Assembly (NCBI RefSeq): GCF_000315625.1 | Contig: NW_005434657.1 | Coordinates: 286,045 to 350,044, forward strand | Length of the DNA: 64,000 nt | Reading direction: 5' to 3' | From: Guillardia theta CCMP2712 | Lineage: Eukaryota; Protista; Cryptophyta | Shown here: positions 24,641 through 38,440 of the stretch, one piece after another | How the letters are laid out: each line of letters begins with the position of its first letter | Numbering within the stretch: the stretch's first letter is position 1 | Notes under the pieces: model-generated | Told to the model about the DNA's origin: nothing | What the model saw: the letters and a program-made list of their open reading frames with translations, nothing else | The model's database searches: none | Made by a program: the position numbers and the translations under genes

Positions 24641-24989
24641 TGGGGTTAATGTAAGAAGAGCAAATAACGCAGCTAGCTATCTTCCTCTCATATCTGAGGT
24701 AGCAGTTGGATGTCTCATGGAAAGCAAAGAATAGCACATAGCAATTTTTTGACGAATGGCGAAGCGAGGGCAACAGTGAGGGTCCGCTCAACATATTGCA
24801 GAGGCACCTCATATGAAGAAAATGAGATGCGCACATTAACATCTTCTTCCTTGCATCCTAGTATTAGATCAAGTTGATGAGAAACATGGAAACACATGGA
24901 AACAGACCAAGATTTCTTCAGCTTTCTATGCGGTGATTGACATTCTTTACCTAGGTTTCCTGCCCGATTGGATTGGATAATTTGTTACA

Positions 24990-25722
<733 letters not shown>

Positions 25723-25869
25723 ACTCTGGCTTCGATGTTAACAATGGGGAGTTGTCGATGGTTGTGTTCTCGCCGTTCAGCAACGGGGTGTTGTGCAGCC
25801 TAAATCTACTAACAATTTAACCGCTCCTAATAAACGATGCGTTTAAAGCTTATTGGTGCACAGAAGCAT

Positions 25870-26574
25870 TTATTTTAGAACTTCACATTTGGTCCCAAAC
25901 TCTTTGAAGTACAACTTCTGTATCTCTTGGTCACCTAACCTATTCGGTGATTTGTCTATATGGGGCGGGATAAACAGAGCCAAATGATATGCCCGTTGAT
26001 ACTTGCCACCCATCGCCCCACAACAACATCCACGACTGATCTCTATGGAATTTTGCCAAAGAACATCACAAGTCCAATTCCCGTTCACTTTAATAATCTT
26101 TCCCACATCGTCTGGCATATGTCGATCGGAGTTTTTGCTTGCCCAATGATGTGCAGTTGGACCTAGCGGCACTTTTCGAGCCAAGTTTCTTCTTTTCAAA
26201 GCTTCCTTCGTGAAATATACTTGCATGCCCTCGCGCGGCTCGATGTCTCGTCCTATCAGAATGTCTCGGTCAATGTTTTGTAGACCGAGCAGAATTCGTC
26301 TGAACGATGAATTCTTTCCCAGCGCAAGAGTGTCTCTGTCCGAAACCTTGCCAATCTGCTCCAACAGAGAGGTTATGGGAGCCCCATCGACCAGCGCGTA
26401 TTTGTAATGGTTGAACTCATTGTTTGCATCTCGTTGATCTCTCCCATCCCATGCTTGAAGGGCCTCCGCCTTCTTTCCATACATGTAGGCTCTTAAGTTT
26501 GACCCGTACTGGTTTGTCGCAGCATTGCAATGCTGACACCTCTGCTTCGCTTCTCCGTGCAGGCACTTGAGCAT
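25870..26574 (-). CDS. Intronless 234-aa protein with C-terminal MIB/HERC2-like domain
   Basis: GMQV...GPTAHHW...D....DVGKIIKV..NWTCDVLWQN...CGAMGGKY...YHLAL follows the MIB/HERC2 pattern G.RV.RGPDW.W..QD..G.V...V.WDNG..YR.G..GKYDL. Confidence 0.6.
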   Translation of the reverse strand: MLKCLHGEAKQRCQHCNAATNQYGSNLRAYMYGKKAEALQAWDGRDQRDANNEFNHYKYALVDGAPITSLLEQIGKVSDRDTLALGKNSSFRRILLGLQNIDRDILIGRDIEPREGMQVYFTKEALKRRNLARKVPLGPTAHHWASKNSDRHMPDDVGKIIKVNGNWTCDVLWQNSIEISRGCCCGAMGGKYQRAYHLALFIPPHIDKSPNRLGDQEIQKLYFKEFGTKCEVLK

Positions 26575-26584
26575 GGAATTATGG

Positions 26585-26706
26585 ATCCGTTGACAGAACG
26601 ACCGTTAAACGACGTTGCGAAAGTTGTTGCAACCGTTTCATTCACCAACAGCGTTTCGTTAACGGTTATTCTTCGGTCGTTATTTTATAACCAAAGTAGT
26701 AACGGC
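26585..26706. promoter_or_regulatory. Cluster of AACGG/CCGTT (MYB/MSA-like) sites in a divergent promoter
   Basis: Cores at ~26587, 26602, 26633, 26661 and 26701, immediately upstream of the ATG at 26574. Confidence 0.5.
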
Positions 26707-27316
26707 GATGCAACAAGTATTTTCATGGCGAGAGCGATCCTTGAGGAGACGAAGAGAGAGGAAGGGAAGGGAGAGGGACGAGGCAGGAGATGGAGGTGTC
26801 TTCTCGTAGCATCGGATGTCAGTGAACAGGAGAGAGGATGAACACGGGCAAGAGAAGGATCGCGCAATGGAAGGGGCAATGGAGGAGGTGGAGATTGGTA
26901 TGAGTTTGGGCAGCGCATTGCTCAACAGGAGCACAAGAGAGTTGCTGAAGAGTTAGAAATGTTATCAAGGACAAGGGCATAGAACAACAAGGAACACGTG
27001 TTGAGCGCAGGGTTGGAAAACGAGGACTTATGGGATATAGAGAAGGGTGTATGGCACAATTGGCGGAAGAAGTCCAAGCAGGGAAGAAAGTGGGAGTAGA
27101 TGCGGACGAGGAGAGTGGAAGGGTGTGAGTGCGGTCAAGAGGATTGTTCTGATGTTGCCCACAGATCCGTCGCTTCTCGTGGCAGGAGAGCATGGAACGG
27201 TATGACATGTGAGTCTGAACATGCGATGGGGAGGTGCGAGCTGCCCCTCTGTCTGGCCCTCAGCTCGGAGAATGTCTGTGGAGCCTTGATAAAGGTCTGA
27301 AGGTCTGAGGACGTGG

Positions 27317-30300
27317 ATGACTCATCCCAGCACCGCAAACAAGTCAGACCAGGGCCCATCGCGCGAGCAGATGTTCGGGCTGTTCTCGAGGAGCCCGGGG
27401 GATTATGACGGTTCGTCAGCCCACTCCTCTCCCAGCCTGGGAAACTTTGAGCGGAGCCGTGAGCCGAGGCTGAGCCAGGACTGGCTGCTGCTGAATGGCA
27501 CGGACGACACAGACCTGTTCTCGCAGGAGTCTCCTGACCTCTCCTGCCTGGGTAAGGTGACCGAGGGTGGGGTTGACGATGAGACTGAGCAGCCGACGCT
27601 CTCCAAAGAGTACGATCCCCACAGCAATTTCCGGGTCTACGTCGGTGAAGATACATACCTGCTCGTGCCTCTCATCAGACTGGATCGAGGGAAGGCTGCA
27701 GGAGCGGAGGAGGACATCCAGAAGAGTGTCGTCGTCGACAGGTCGGCGAGGACGGTGACTGGAGTGTCCGAAGGCCATGTGAATCACCTCAAGGCTCGCT
27801 GTAGGGATGTGATCGTAGCCAAGGGCCTCTTGGGGATCGTCAAGCTTGAGTGGGACTCCTACCTCGTGCTCCTGATGGCGTCGGAGCTGGTGGGGAACCT
27901 GCCGCAGGGGGAGCTGAGGAGGATCTCAGAGACGAAACTCCTTCCGATGAACCTGGACAGTAGGCTCAACACGCCTTCCAACGACCCCAGCCGCATGAAT
28001 GCGAACAATACAGGAGCTGGCAGCAGCAGCCCCGCTGACCTGAGCATGGGAGTGCTGTCAAAGCACTCCTTCATCCATCGGAGCTTCAAGGACCTGCTCA
28101 AGTCAGGATGGCTGATATTCTCTTGGTCCTTTGACCCTACTCTCTCACAGCAGCAGCATGGGAGTAGGTCCCTCCGCCAGAGTGCCAACCAGGCAGCTGA
28201 GTTCGAGGGCGGCTGGGAAGGGTTTCAGCACACCAAGGACAGCTATGCAAAGTACGAGAAGGATTGGGGGTGGAACTCAAGGTTTGTGTGGAACATCTCC
28301 TGGCTGAAGCCGTTCCTGGAGGCGTCGGAAAGACACCCAGCGGTCAAGAAGTTCGTCCTTCCGGTGATCTATGGCTATGCAAGGATCGTCAAGTGCAAGC
28401 TGGACAACGTCCCCATCCAGCTCTCGTTGATCGCCCGCAGATCGCGCAAGAGAGCAGGAGTCCGGTTCTTCCGCCGAGGGATCGACGATGAGGGCAACGT
28501 CGCCAACTTTGTGGAGACGGAGCAGGTATGATTCTTGCTCGTGGTGCCTGCGGCGTCTCCCCTGACTCCACCTGCAGGTCGTCCAGGTTGCCAACATGAT
28601 CAGCTCGTTCGTCTGTGTTCGTGGCTCTATCCCCCTCTACTGGAAGCAAGAATCCTCGGACTGGACGCAGCTGAAGCCGAGGTTGGATCTCGATCATGGA
28701 AGCGACCATGCTGCGCTGGCTCCAGGAAGCAACGACCGAGCAGAGACCCCAGCTCGGTCAGAGCAGCCGCAAGGCACAGGGACGATGAAGTTCCGTCAAA
28801 ACGTGTTAGACCGGAACTTCAGGTTCACTTCTCAGGCCTTCCCCTCGGTCTTGTTCAAGCTCTTCTCTCTCCTTTCCTCACGTTCCCCTGTGTCAGCTGC
28901 TCCACTCCTATTGATGCCTCCTCAGACCGCTTGCTCTCGCAAACTCTCTCTCCCTGTCCTTTCTCCCGATCTCGCTCTCTCGCTCACTCCGATCGCAGTG
29001 CTCTGCAGTTACACTTCGAGCGGCTTCGCGAGTACTACGGCTCGATCCTCGTGCTGAACCTGGTAGAGCAGCACGGAGGCGAGGCCCAGCTAGGCGCTCT
29101 CTTCAAGCGCACGCTGTCCATGTATGTGAACAGCGTAGCATCGCCTCGTCCTCCCTCTCCTCCTCCTCCTTCTCCTCCTGTCCCCCATCTTCACGCTGCC
29201 TCCTCTTCTCCTCCTCTTCGCTGGTCAACTACGCATGCTCTCTTGCCATACGTGGGCTCGACGTCTCCAGAAGATCATGTGGGCGATCTGCAAAGGGCGA
29301 GGGATAGCAGTGAAGAGGAGGTCGAGCAGTACGGGCATCAAGCCGCGCGTGGTGAGGATGAAGGGCAAGCGGTGAAGTACTACGAGTTTGCATTGCATTC
29401 GAAGCTCGAAGGAGTAAGTTGGAGGGAGGAAGGGAAGAGGGAGCGTGGAGGGGATGGAGCGCAATGAAAGAGGGAGAGAGGGGAATGAGCTGAATCGAAT
29501 CGAAGGATAACTTGAGAAGGCGCCTTAAGCCGATACTTCCTGACTTGTGTTGCTTCGCGTAGGATTGGAGCCTGGGCCAAGTTGAGCTGCAGTCGCTGTT
29601 TGGGATCGGACTGTCGGAGGTTCATGCCAATTTGCTGCTCCTGCGCTCCGTCATTGAGCTACTTTGGCTTGCAGCTCTTGGATTGCGGCGTCTTCATATC
29701 GAGTCTGGAAAAACCAGAGAAGGAAAGTCTCTCCTTCCGAACCAAGAGAACTTTCTGCGAGATTCTTGGACAGCAGACGGGTGAGATGAGACCTCCCTCC
29801 CTCCCTCCCTCCCTCCCTCCCTCCCTCCCTCCCTCCCTCCCTCCCTCCCTCCCTCCCTCCTCTTCTTTCTGCCTTCCTTTCTGTTTTGGTTCAGATGTGG
29901 TTCCAGGCGTCTTGCGAGTCAACTGCATCGACTGTCTGGACAGGACCAACGTTGCTCAGTCGATCGTTGCTCGGTTGACCTCTTGGCATCTCGTCTCTTC
30001 TCACCTTTCTCCCTTCAACCAGCTGGATGTTAGCCAAGCAACTTGAGCTCATGGGTGTGATCATGGATGAGGAGGTAAGAAAGATTCCCGGGCATATCTC
30101 TCCTCTTGGTTAACTTCCCCCTCCTCCTCCTCCTCCTCCTCCTCCTCTGCCTCCTCCTCCTCCTCCTCCTCCTCCTCCTCCTCCTCCTCCTCCTCCTCCT
30201 CTTCATACTGCATCTGCTGCTTGCTGCTTGCTGCTTGCTGCTGCTGCTGCTGTACTGGCACTTGCATGCTCCTCATATTCTCTCAGGGCAAGGCGATCGC

Positions 30301-31341
30301 GCGAGGCGACACGTCCTGTTTCCCAGCTCTTCAGGTGAAGTCGAAAGGGATGTGGAGGAGGATGTGACAGCTCCTCTAGGACTCCCTGGTCCATCTTTGG
30401 GCGGACCACGGCGATGTCCTCTCCCTCCAGGTCCTTCGGTCAACTTATGTCTTGGAGGAGGAGTGACGTGGAGCTTGATAGTACGCCGGCTCGCAAGCTC
30501 TCCAATCAGACGTGACGAGGTGCCTTAGCAATATCTTGATTTGCTCCTCTGACATGCTGTCAAGGACGGGAAGGAGAACACTGCACGGTCTGCTTGTCGA
30601 CAGGTGTGGAGCATAGGACAGACACCTCCTGCTTCCGCTCCCGCTCCCGCTCCTTTCACTCCTCTACTCTTCTTCATGTTTTCTGCTGCTGAACTTGATC
30701 AATCAGCGTGTTCTCGATGCAACGATTCGTGCAGCGATCGTTGTATGACAGGTTTGCATTCCTCTCCTCCTCCTTCCCTTCCTGTGACCGCCCTTGTAGC
30801 TCCATCCAAGAAATGCTTGACTGGATCCTCAACGAGACATGGCCTCCGCTTCTGCTAGAGCTCGAGGATGCCGATACTCTGGGCAAGGGCCAGCGCCTCC
30901 GGGCTCACGGCGAGCAGGAGAGGGGGGGCGGAGGAGGGAGCATTCAGCAGGAGGAAGTTCGACGAAGCACCAGGGAGGAGGAGGAAGTTCGGAGGAAGTC
31001 AACAGGGTTCGCTGCCCTGCTTGAGCCAACACAGGACATGCCCAAGAACCTGGTCAACATGAACTGGCTGGACCTCGCGGGCAAGTACGTAGCCGCCGCT
31101 CCTCCCCGCTCCTCCCCGCACTCACCTGTCCTCCTCCCCAGCCTCGGCTTCCGCCATGGCAGCCAGCTCCAGGGCAACGATCAGGTGGCTGCCTCCTCAC
31201 ATGCTGCGATGCCTCATTGATGACGTACTGGTCCAGAATTCTCCTCGTGCTGCTGCGGAGCCGCGGGCTGCGTCGCCCTCGGCGAACATCACGTTTGCCG
31301 AGGACAGCGAAGAAGGCTGGGAGATGATCCTTACGTTTTGA
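27317..31341 (+). CDS. SAC-domain phosphoinositide phosphatase (Sac1/Fig4/INPP5F family), multi-exon
   Basis: GLLGIVKL..YLVL, RFVWN, LIARRSRKRAGVRFFRRGIDDEGNVANFVETEQ, SFVCVRGSIPLYWKQ, catalytic RVNCIDCLDRTNVAQ (~29915-29960) and LWADHGD.LS.QY.GS. Confidence 0.95.
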
Positions 31342-31422
31342 AACGAGATGCTCGATCATGGGGGCTGAGCAGGAGCAGGAGCAGGAGCGACAGGGGCGGG
31401 GGCAGAAGGGGAACAGGGGAAT

Positions 31423-31467
<45 letters not shown>

Positions 31468-31769
31468 TATCGTCTTGAGCCGCGGAGAAGCATGCAGAAG
31501 CGATATTCTTTCAAACTCTCAGCAACCAAAAAGCACCAGGGCGTTGGGAGCTGTAACTGTTGTACACTATGAACGGCGGCCAAGGAACAGGCGGGTAGAG
31601 AAAATCCTGCACCAATGTAGCAAATAGGGAGGGAGAGACAGGCAGGACGCGGGTACCAGCAACTTCGCAGACACAACAACTGTATTCTACGACAAACAAA
31701 CACCTTTCTGCAATCTTGTATGTACACTAGACCGCCGAGCGTCGCGGCTCCTCTAGCACCAGTTCACAT

Positions 31770-32054
31770 TCAACCGATGAAGTTGTTCTTAGTATCTGGC
31801 CTCGCGATCCCACTCACCACAGTCCTCACGGCCGAGCTGTTGGCCACACGATGAGCCACTCGAGCTGTCAGCGTGGTGCCTGAAGTCAGGAAGACTGCGC
31901 TGGCAAGAGCCAGTCCAGCCGGCTTCTCGCTCGCCATGCGCTTCGCCTGGTTCTTGAGGAAACCGTAGAGGGCACAGTGACCTTGGTTCTCAACCGCTGG
32001 AAGAAACTTTTTGACCAGACAACAGAGGGTGAACTGGGAACGGAGCTGGGACAT
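31770..32054 (-). CDS. Small hypothetical protein (94 aa)
   Basis: ATG-initiated, non-repetitive ORF convergent with the SAC gene. No family recognised. Confidence 0.35.
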   Translation of the reverse strand: MSQLRSQFTLCCLVKKFLPAVENQGHCALYGFLKNQAKRMASEKPAGLALASAVFLTSGTTLTARVAHRVANSSAVRTVVSGIARPDTKNNFIG

Positions 32055-33800
32055 GCGCGTTGTTGCTCTTGCTGGCTAACGATGGCCGTTTCAACTGAAC
32101 CCACTATCCGCCTTTCCTTGCTTTGATTTTTCTCAAGATGCGTCCTAAACTTCCTTTAAGCCTCGATAGAATCCGCCTGAAAAATCAAATTTTGCGTGAA
32201 TGAAAACTTGAGCAATGTCAAAGGCCTCATCTCCTCCCCTTGAATTAAACTGCGAGTCCTCCTCGAGGCTGCGAACGTTTCGTATTTCACCACTACCTAT
32301 CCCTCATTCATCTGCTTCCGATTACTCTGCTGTGCCCTGCTGACTTCCCTGTATCCCAACCTGGCTGGCCTCCTCTCACTAAAATTGAATTCTCTTCACA
32401 CGACTATCATGCTCCCTGCCCCTCTGCCCCCTCCTCCTTCGCCTCCCTGCCTCCCTGCCGTCCTGCCTCGCCTCGCCTCGCCTCGCCTCGCCGTCGCCTC
32501 GCCTCGCCTCGCCTCGCCTCGCCTNNNNNNNNNNNNNNNNNNNNNNNNNNNNNNNNNNNNNNNNNNNNNNNNNNNNNNNNNNNNNNNNNNNNNNNNNNNN
32601 NNNNNNNNNNNNNNNNNNNNNNNNAACATTCTTTTAAACCCATCGAAACTACGTCTTTTGCACTGATGCGGCTGGAGGATACGTAAATAATACACCCCCA
32701 CCTACTTTTCAGCAGTCTTAAGGAGGGGTATGTTATGAAAGGGCATTATCAGTTTCCATATTTTATAGATTTTTTGTATAATTCGTGGTACAACATGAAA
32801 ATCCTGTGATCATTCTTTATAGCGGAGGGGGCGGTACAGAAAGGTGGTCCACCGTGGGGGGATAGAGAGGAGGGGTGGTAAAGGATACACATTCGTGTAA
32901 CGGAGGGGTGAGGGTAGTAGAGTAGGGGTACAATTCATTTTTCAACATTGCTTTCGAGATGTGGTACTCTTGTAAAATGTAGGGGTGGGGTACTTCAGGG
33001 TAAGGTAGGGTGGAATTTAATGATTTGCAGGATGGGGTGGTGGACTATTGAAAGTTGTTAGCAGGAAACTGTCAGCACCTCAAATTTGGCAAAAGGGAAG
33101 AGAAAATTGGGGGTGGGTGGAAAAGGTCTATGGGTAGGGGTCGTACTTACCAGGGGTGACCAATGCCTCAAGGTTGAAATATTCAATTTAAGCGGGGGTA
33201 TTTTTATGATTAAGGAGGGGTTGCCATAGATAGGAGGGGTATACGGAATATTTTGTCATACATAGCGGGTAGGGGTAGTACGTGTTAAGGGTAAGGCAGT
33301 GAGGGGGATTTTGTAGCCAGTGCGCATGCAGGTAATGAAAGGGAGGCGAAGAGGAGAAGAGGAGAGAGGGGAGGAGGAGAGAGGAGCGAGGGAAGAATAT
33401 GCAGGGAGATGGCATGGTAAAGTGGGGGGAGAGACACGTGCAAAGAAGGGAGGAGGAGCGAGAGAAAGGAAAGAGGAGGAAGGTGGATGTGGGGGGGGTG
33501 GTAGGGGGCATTGCGCAACTTTCGATGTATTTCGCGTGCGCACCGAATCTGAGAGGTTGGAACGGTGTTTTAGTGTGGTCAAGCTATGCAGTGCAAGGAT
33601 GGGTTGGCATGTTGTGGATTCACGTTTACATGTAACGGCAGAAACCATTCTTGGTTTGTTACTTGAAGGAACTCTTGAAAACAAGTCGGATAAGTCCATT
33701 TTAGTACCTTTCACGGTCTTCAATCACAATCGGTACTGCTTGAGACCTCTCACCCCTCGCTGCAAGAAATCTGACTGTCCTCTGACAGCACGAGTTGAAC

Positions 33801-35997
33801 ATGTCGAAGAATAAAGGCAGGAGGAGCAGGGAGGACGACGAGGACACGTTTTCAGATTGCTCCACCATCTCCCTCCCATCTCAGAGGAATGGGACGAGCG
33901 GAACGTCGGAGAGGTGCTTATCCCCTACTTCCGTTCTCCCTACATCAGCCTCCTCCTCTCCGCCTCCTCCTCTCCGCCTCCTCCTCTCCGCCTCCCCGGC
34001 CTCTGCCCCTCGGCCAACGCATGCTCAAGCTCAGCAGCTGCATTCAGATGCTGATGACTGTGTTGTGTGCAGCGACGATGAGACGAACGAGTTGTCGGGA
34101 TTTCTGGATGGGCTGACAGAGAAGAGGGCGACCACGAGGGAGTGGGCGTTCAAGGGCCTCTGCGAGGTCATGAGGAAGGAAGTCTCGTTGGGCGAGCTGG
34201 AGGAGCGATGCGATGACCTGTGCGGTCAAGCGATGAACGCGCTGAAGAAGGGGATGAGCAAGGAGGCGGTGAGGAGCATGTGAGGTGGTGGATGTGGAGG
34301 GGTCGCCTTAGCCCTGCTGCAGCTGCTGGCGGCCGACTTCCTGTCCCTCCTGTTCGTGTCGTTCTCGGATGAGTGCTTGAAGGTGACCGTTGCTTCCTCA
34401 CGCTGTGCGAGAGGGTCTGAGGGACGTCGCAGATGATGGAAGAGGTTGAGAGCTCCTTGTCGTACCATGCTGTCCATCACAAGTCAGCAGCAGTCCGCGG
34501 GAAGGTGAAGTTGCTGACAATGTCCCTCGTGCCTCCCTGAGAGCTCGTGGGCAGGTTGCTGAGCTCCTAGCGTTGGGGGCATTCATCTCAGATAAGCCTG
34601 AGAGAGAAACAGCGTCCTTGATGACTTCCCTGCTGAAGCTGTGAGTGCCCTTCCTCGTCCTCGTCCTCCCTCAGCAACCTCCTCCTGCCCACTCCTTCTC
34701 CCCATTCAACTTCCTTCTCCTCCTTTGACTTTCCCGGGTTCATTGAGTGGTTCAGGATGACGCAAGGAAAGTTGGTCAAAGATTTCGTCGTTCCCGGTCT
34801 TGCCACCTCCACACTCGGTCCTCTCAACTGACATGTGACCTCTACAGGGCTTCATGCCTGGGGGTTAATGTGTACCTCGCTCTCAGATTCGTTCATCAAC
34901 AATGGGGACGGGGAGAGGATTGTATCGTGGTTGCAGTCCTTGGACCCTCTCTTGGAGTGTACTGAGGTACTCACAGCGTCTATGAGTCCTCCCTCCTCTC
35001 ATGCAGGTGGTGCAGGTGGACGTCCGGATCGCCGCCTCTGAGAATGCTTGCATCCTGTATGAATCCTGCTGGTGATGGGTGTCAGTGCCCGTGGTGGAGC
35101 TGACTGGTTTGTCCTCAGGAGGTATGACCCTGAAGCAGCGAAGAAGTTGATTTCGAAACTAGAGAACTCACAGCACCATGATGATTGGCATGATGGTGAG
35201 GCTTGCGCTGAGAGGAGAGTTCATCTAATGCCCGATCCGATAGACGGGAAGGAAGTGGATGACCAAGAGGACAAGTCAACCGAGAAGGGCTGCACGGTCC
35301 ATTCTTTCACGAGCGTCCGCAAGATCGCCAAGGCCGATCGCACGAAGGTCAGCTGCTGCTGGAAGCAGGACGGGGTCTTGTGCTGAAGCAGCCTGTAGGA
35401 GAAGAATGTCATCAGGCAGGCATCTGCAGTCTTGGAGCGGGGAGAAGGTCCCCCGACTGAGAAGATCAAGGTCCGTCCTCCTCCCTCCTCTGCCCACCCT
35501 CCTGATCCTTGTGTTCTGCCAGCTGAAGCATTCCTCGTTGGAGATCGCTTCCTGGCGCGACAAGACGCGGCTCGCCTTCTTCAGGCAGATCCTGCAAGGA
35601 GGCTTCCTCCCGCACATGACCCACAACCCGATCCTCCACGAGGTGAGTTGCTGCTGGCCGCCTGCTGGTCTGTCGTGTGTGCTGGGGCTCATGCGTTGGG
35701 AGCAGATCTTTGGCATCGAGGCTGTTCCAGACGAGCCGACGTGAGAAGGGGGGAGGAGGGAGGGAGAGAAGGAGTGGATGAGGGAGGGAGGAAGATGGAG
35801 GGAGGGGGGGGTTGGGAGGGAAGGCAGCCTGACAGGACGGCAGTCTGTCGGCGGACATGTCAAGGATGCAAGTGCGATCGCAGAAGGCGAAGAACGCTGC
35901 CAAGTGAGAGCATGAGGAGGAGGAGGAGGCGTTTCTGTTGTGACTGGATGAGAGCAGGATGAAGGGCAGAGAGAAGCAGATTATGCGGGCAAGGTGA
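33801..35997 (+). CDS. IFRD1: Interferon-related developmental regulator (IFRD1/2-like), multi-exon
   Basis: MSKNKGRR..DTFSDCST; FLDGLTEKRATTRE..F; C-terminal RKIAKADRTK...LEIASWRDKTRLAFFRQILQGGFLPHMTHNPILHEIFG and terminal KAKNAAK..KGREK. Confidence 0.85.
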
Positions 35998-36352
35998 GGA
36001 GAATTCGAGGTTGGTGAGAGTGCTAAGTGGGTGGCAGGAAGGAGAGGAGCGAGCAGTGCGAGCAGCTCGACCTCATGGACTGACATGCGAGCCAACCGAG
36101 TGGTTGGGCCATGTCGCCGTTACCCTCTTGTGGGTGTTGAGTGGCAACGAGCAAACATAAGACGTGGAGTCGGATAGAGATCTTCTGTCCTCGACGTTAG
36201 CAACACTGAAGATTGCAGAACGATGATGAAGCTTTAGGTCGTGGGATATTCTTTGATGCAGATGTCAAAATGCAGGTGTAGATGTAAAAGAGCCAACTTG
36301 AAGCTGTCAAGATGAATTCAGCGATAAATAAATCCTCACGTGAAGGAGGAGC

Positions 36353-37093
36353 TCACAAGACCCTTGGAGACGTTGGATGAAGGATAGATGGCAGATCTGA
36401 TCCATTCTCAGTGAGAGAGAGGAGCAGGAGCAGGAGCAGGAGCAGGATTACCTGTCGTCCCATGCGATGGAGATGGGAGTCTTGAAAAGCTCGGCTGTAG
36501 CGATGATCAGGGGGAAGGAAAGAGACAGAGGTGAAAAGGAGGACGTGGAGGAGGGCAAGGGCGTCAAGGGGAAGGAGGAAGTACCTTGTGTTGGTTTGGC
36601 ATGCACGTAGGACAAATCTTGCAGCTGATCCCTCAGGTCACCTAGCCTCCCGTCCTCCTCCTGCTAAAGATCGATTCACGATTCTTACCCCCCCCCCCCC
36701 CTCCCCCACTTCTCCTCCTCTGGCTACAGAAAGTACCTGGTATCCCCGATGCTGGCGAGCGTCGGAGAAGACTTCAGCAGCGCTCCAGCTCTCCCTTCCC
36801 CTTCCATGTTGGAACTGCCTGCCAACCTCCTCCGTTCGGCCTGACCGCAGCGGGGGAAGGAGGGAGATACTGCCGGGGGCGCCGAGACTGAAGCTGAGGA
36901 GGGATCGCCTGCTGTCAGGCATCATGTCTCCTAGCTGCATCTCCAGCTGCTTCAGACGATCTACGGGCTTGGTAGCTGCAAGTGAATCGTCACAACCAAG
37001 TCCTCGTCCTCGTCCTCGTCCTCGTCCTCATCCTCATCCTCGTCCTCGTCCTCGTCCTCTCACTTCCCTCGTCCCCCTCAACACCCTTCACCT

Positions 37094-37188
<95 letters not shown>

Positions 37189-38082
37189 CTTCCCCACCCC
37201 CCTTTTCCTGCTGTTTTCCACTTACCTTGGATGGGAACGCTGCGTTTCTGCTCTCCTACTTCGTTATACTGGAAGATCCGTTCCCTCCTCTCGCTTTGCT
37301 CCTTCACGCTACCCACGTTCTCAACCTCCTCCCATAGCTCCTCCTCCCTCCAGCGATTCTCCTCCTCTCTCCATCCCTTCTCCTCCTCCCTCCATCCCTT
37401 CTCCTCCTCTATCTTGTAGCTCGTCTCTGGACGGAAGGAGGAGGAGGCATTCTGGTAGTTGCTAGCGGGAGGCTCGCGCGGGGTGATGATCGGAGGGTCA
37501 GGAGGAGTCGAGACGTGGCGATGGTGGAGCTCTTGAGGATGCGATTGGATGATTGGGGACAACTGAAGGAGAAATGAGAGTGGAAGAGAGGAGGAGAGGA
37601 GATGCAGAGGTGGAGAGAAGCGGAGAGCAGAGAGGAGAAGAGGAGCAGCGCAGCAAGAAGAGAAGGGAGGGAGGGGAGGCGACCATTGGAAGGAGGGTGA
37701 AGGACGCGAGGTCAAAGCAAGAAACAGGAAGGGTAGAGCAAGAGGAATAGAGAAGCAAGGGGAGCAAGGGAGAAGGATCAGGAGCGGGAGCAGGGGGAGC
37801 AGGGGGAACAGGATCAGGAGCAGGGGCATTCTGTACCTCGCCAGCCTCTTTCGGTTCAACATGCGGCCGGATCATCTCCAGCAGCTGCAGCCAAGAGGGT
37901 GAGAGGGAGCAGGAGAGGAGGAGAAGGCTTTCACTTCCGCCTTCTGAGCTTGGAAGTCCTTCTTGCGCTGAAACAAGCTCTCGATCTTCTTCTTGGACGG
38001 GCCCTCAAGAGTCTCGAGTGCCTGAGAAGACCAGTGAGGGAGGGAAGAGGAAAATTGAGGAGGGGAGCAAGAGAGCAGGAGG

Positions 38083-38123
<41 letters not shown>

Positions 38124-38400
38124 GCTGGGAGGAGGGGCATGCTGGTGTTGGAAGAAATGAGACAGAAAGAAGTACGTGCAGCAGAGGAGCAGAGTAGGAG
38201 AAAGAGAAGAGAGGAAGAGCGAGGAGCGAGGAGGGGGAGTGAGTAGGAAGGGGACAATCAGGAGGAGGGAGGGAGGAGGCAAGGGAACCAGCTCGAGCTC
38301 TTTCAGTCTTCTCGAAGGATCATGAGGGACCGATGCTGTACGCTTGCTCGTCGTGAGGACAGCTCCTTGGTAGGGTAGCGAACTTCTCGTCGTCATCATG

Positions 38401-38440
<40 letters not shown>

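Noticed and set aside
33130-33295. ~10.5-bp phasing of G-tracts in the GGGGT blocks
   Set aside because: Spacings here (22, 42, 22, 19, 30, 22) are suggestive, but the 8040-8220 block shows no such pattern. Autocorrelation analysis is needed.
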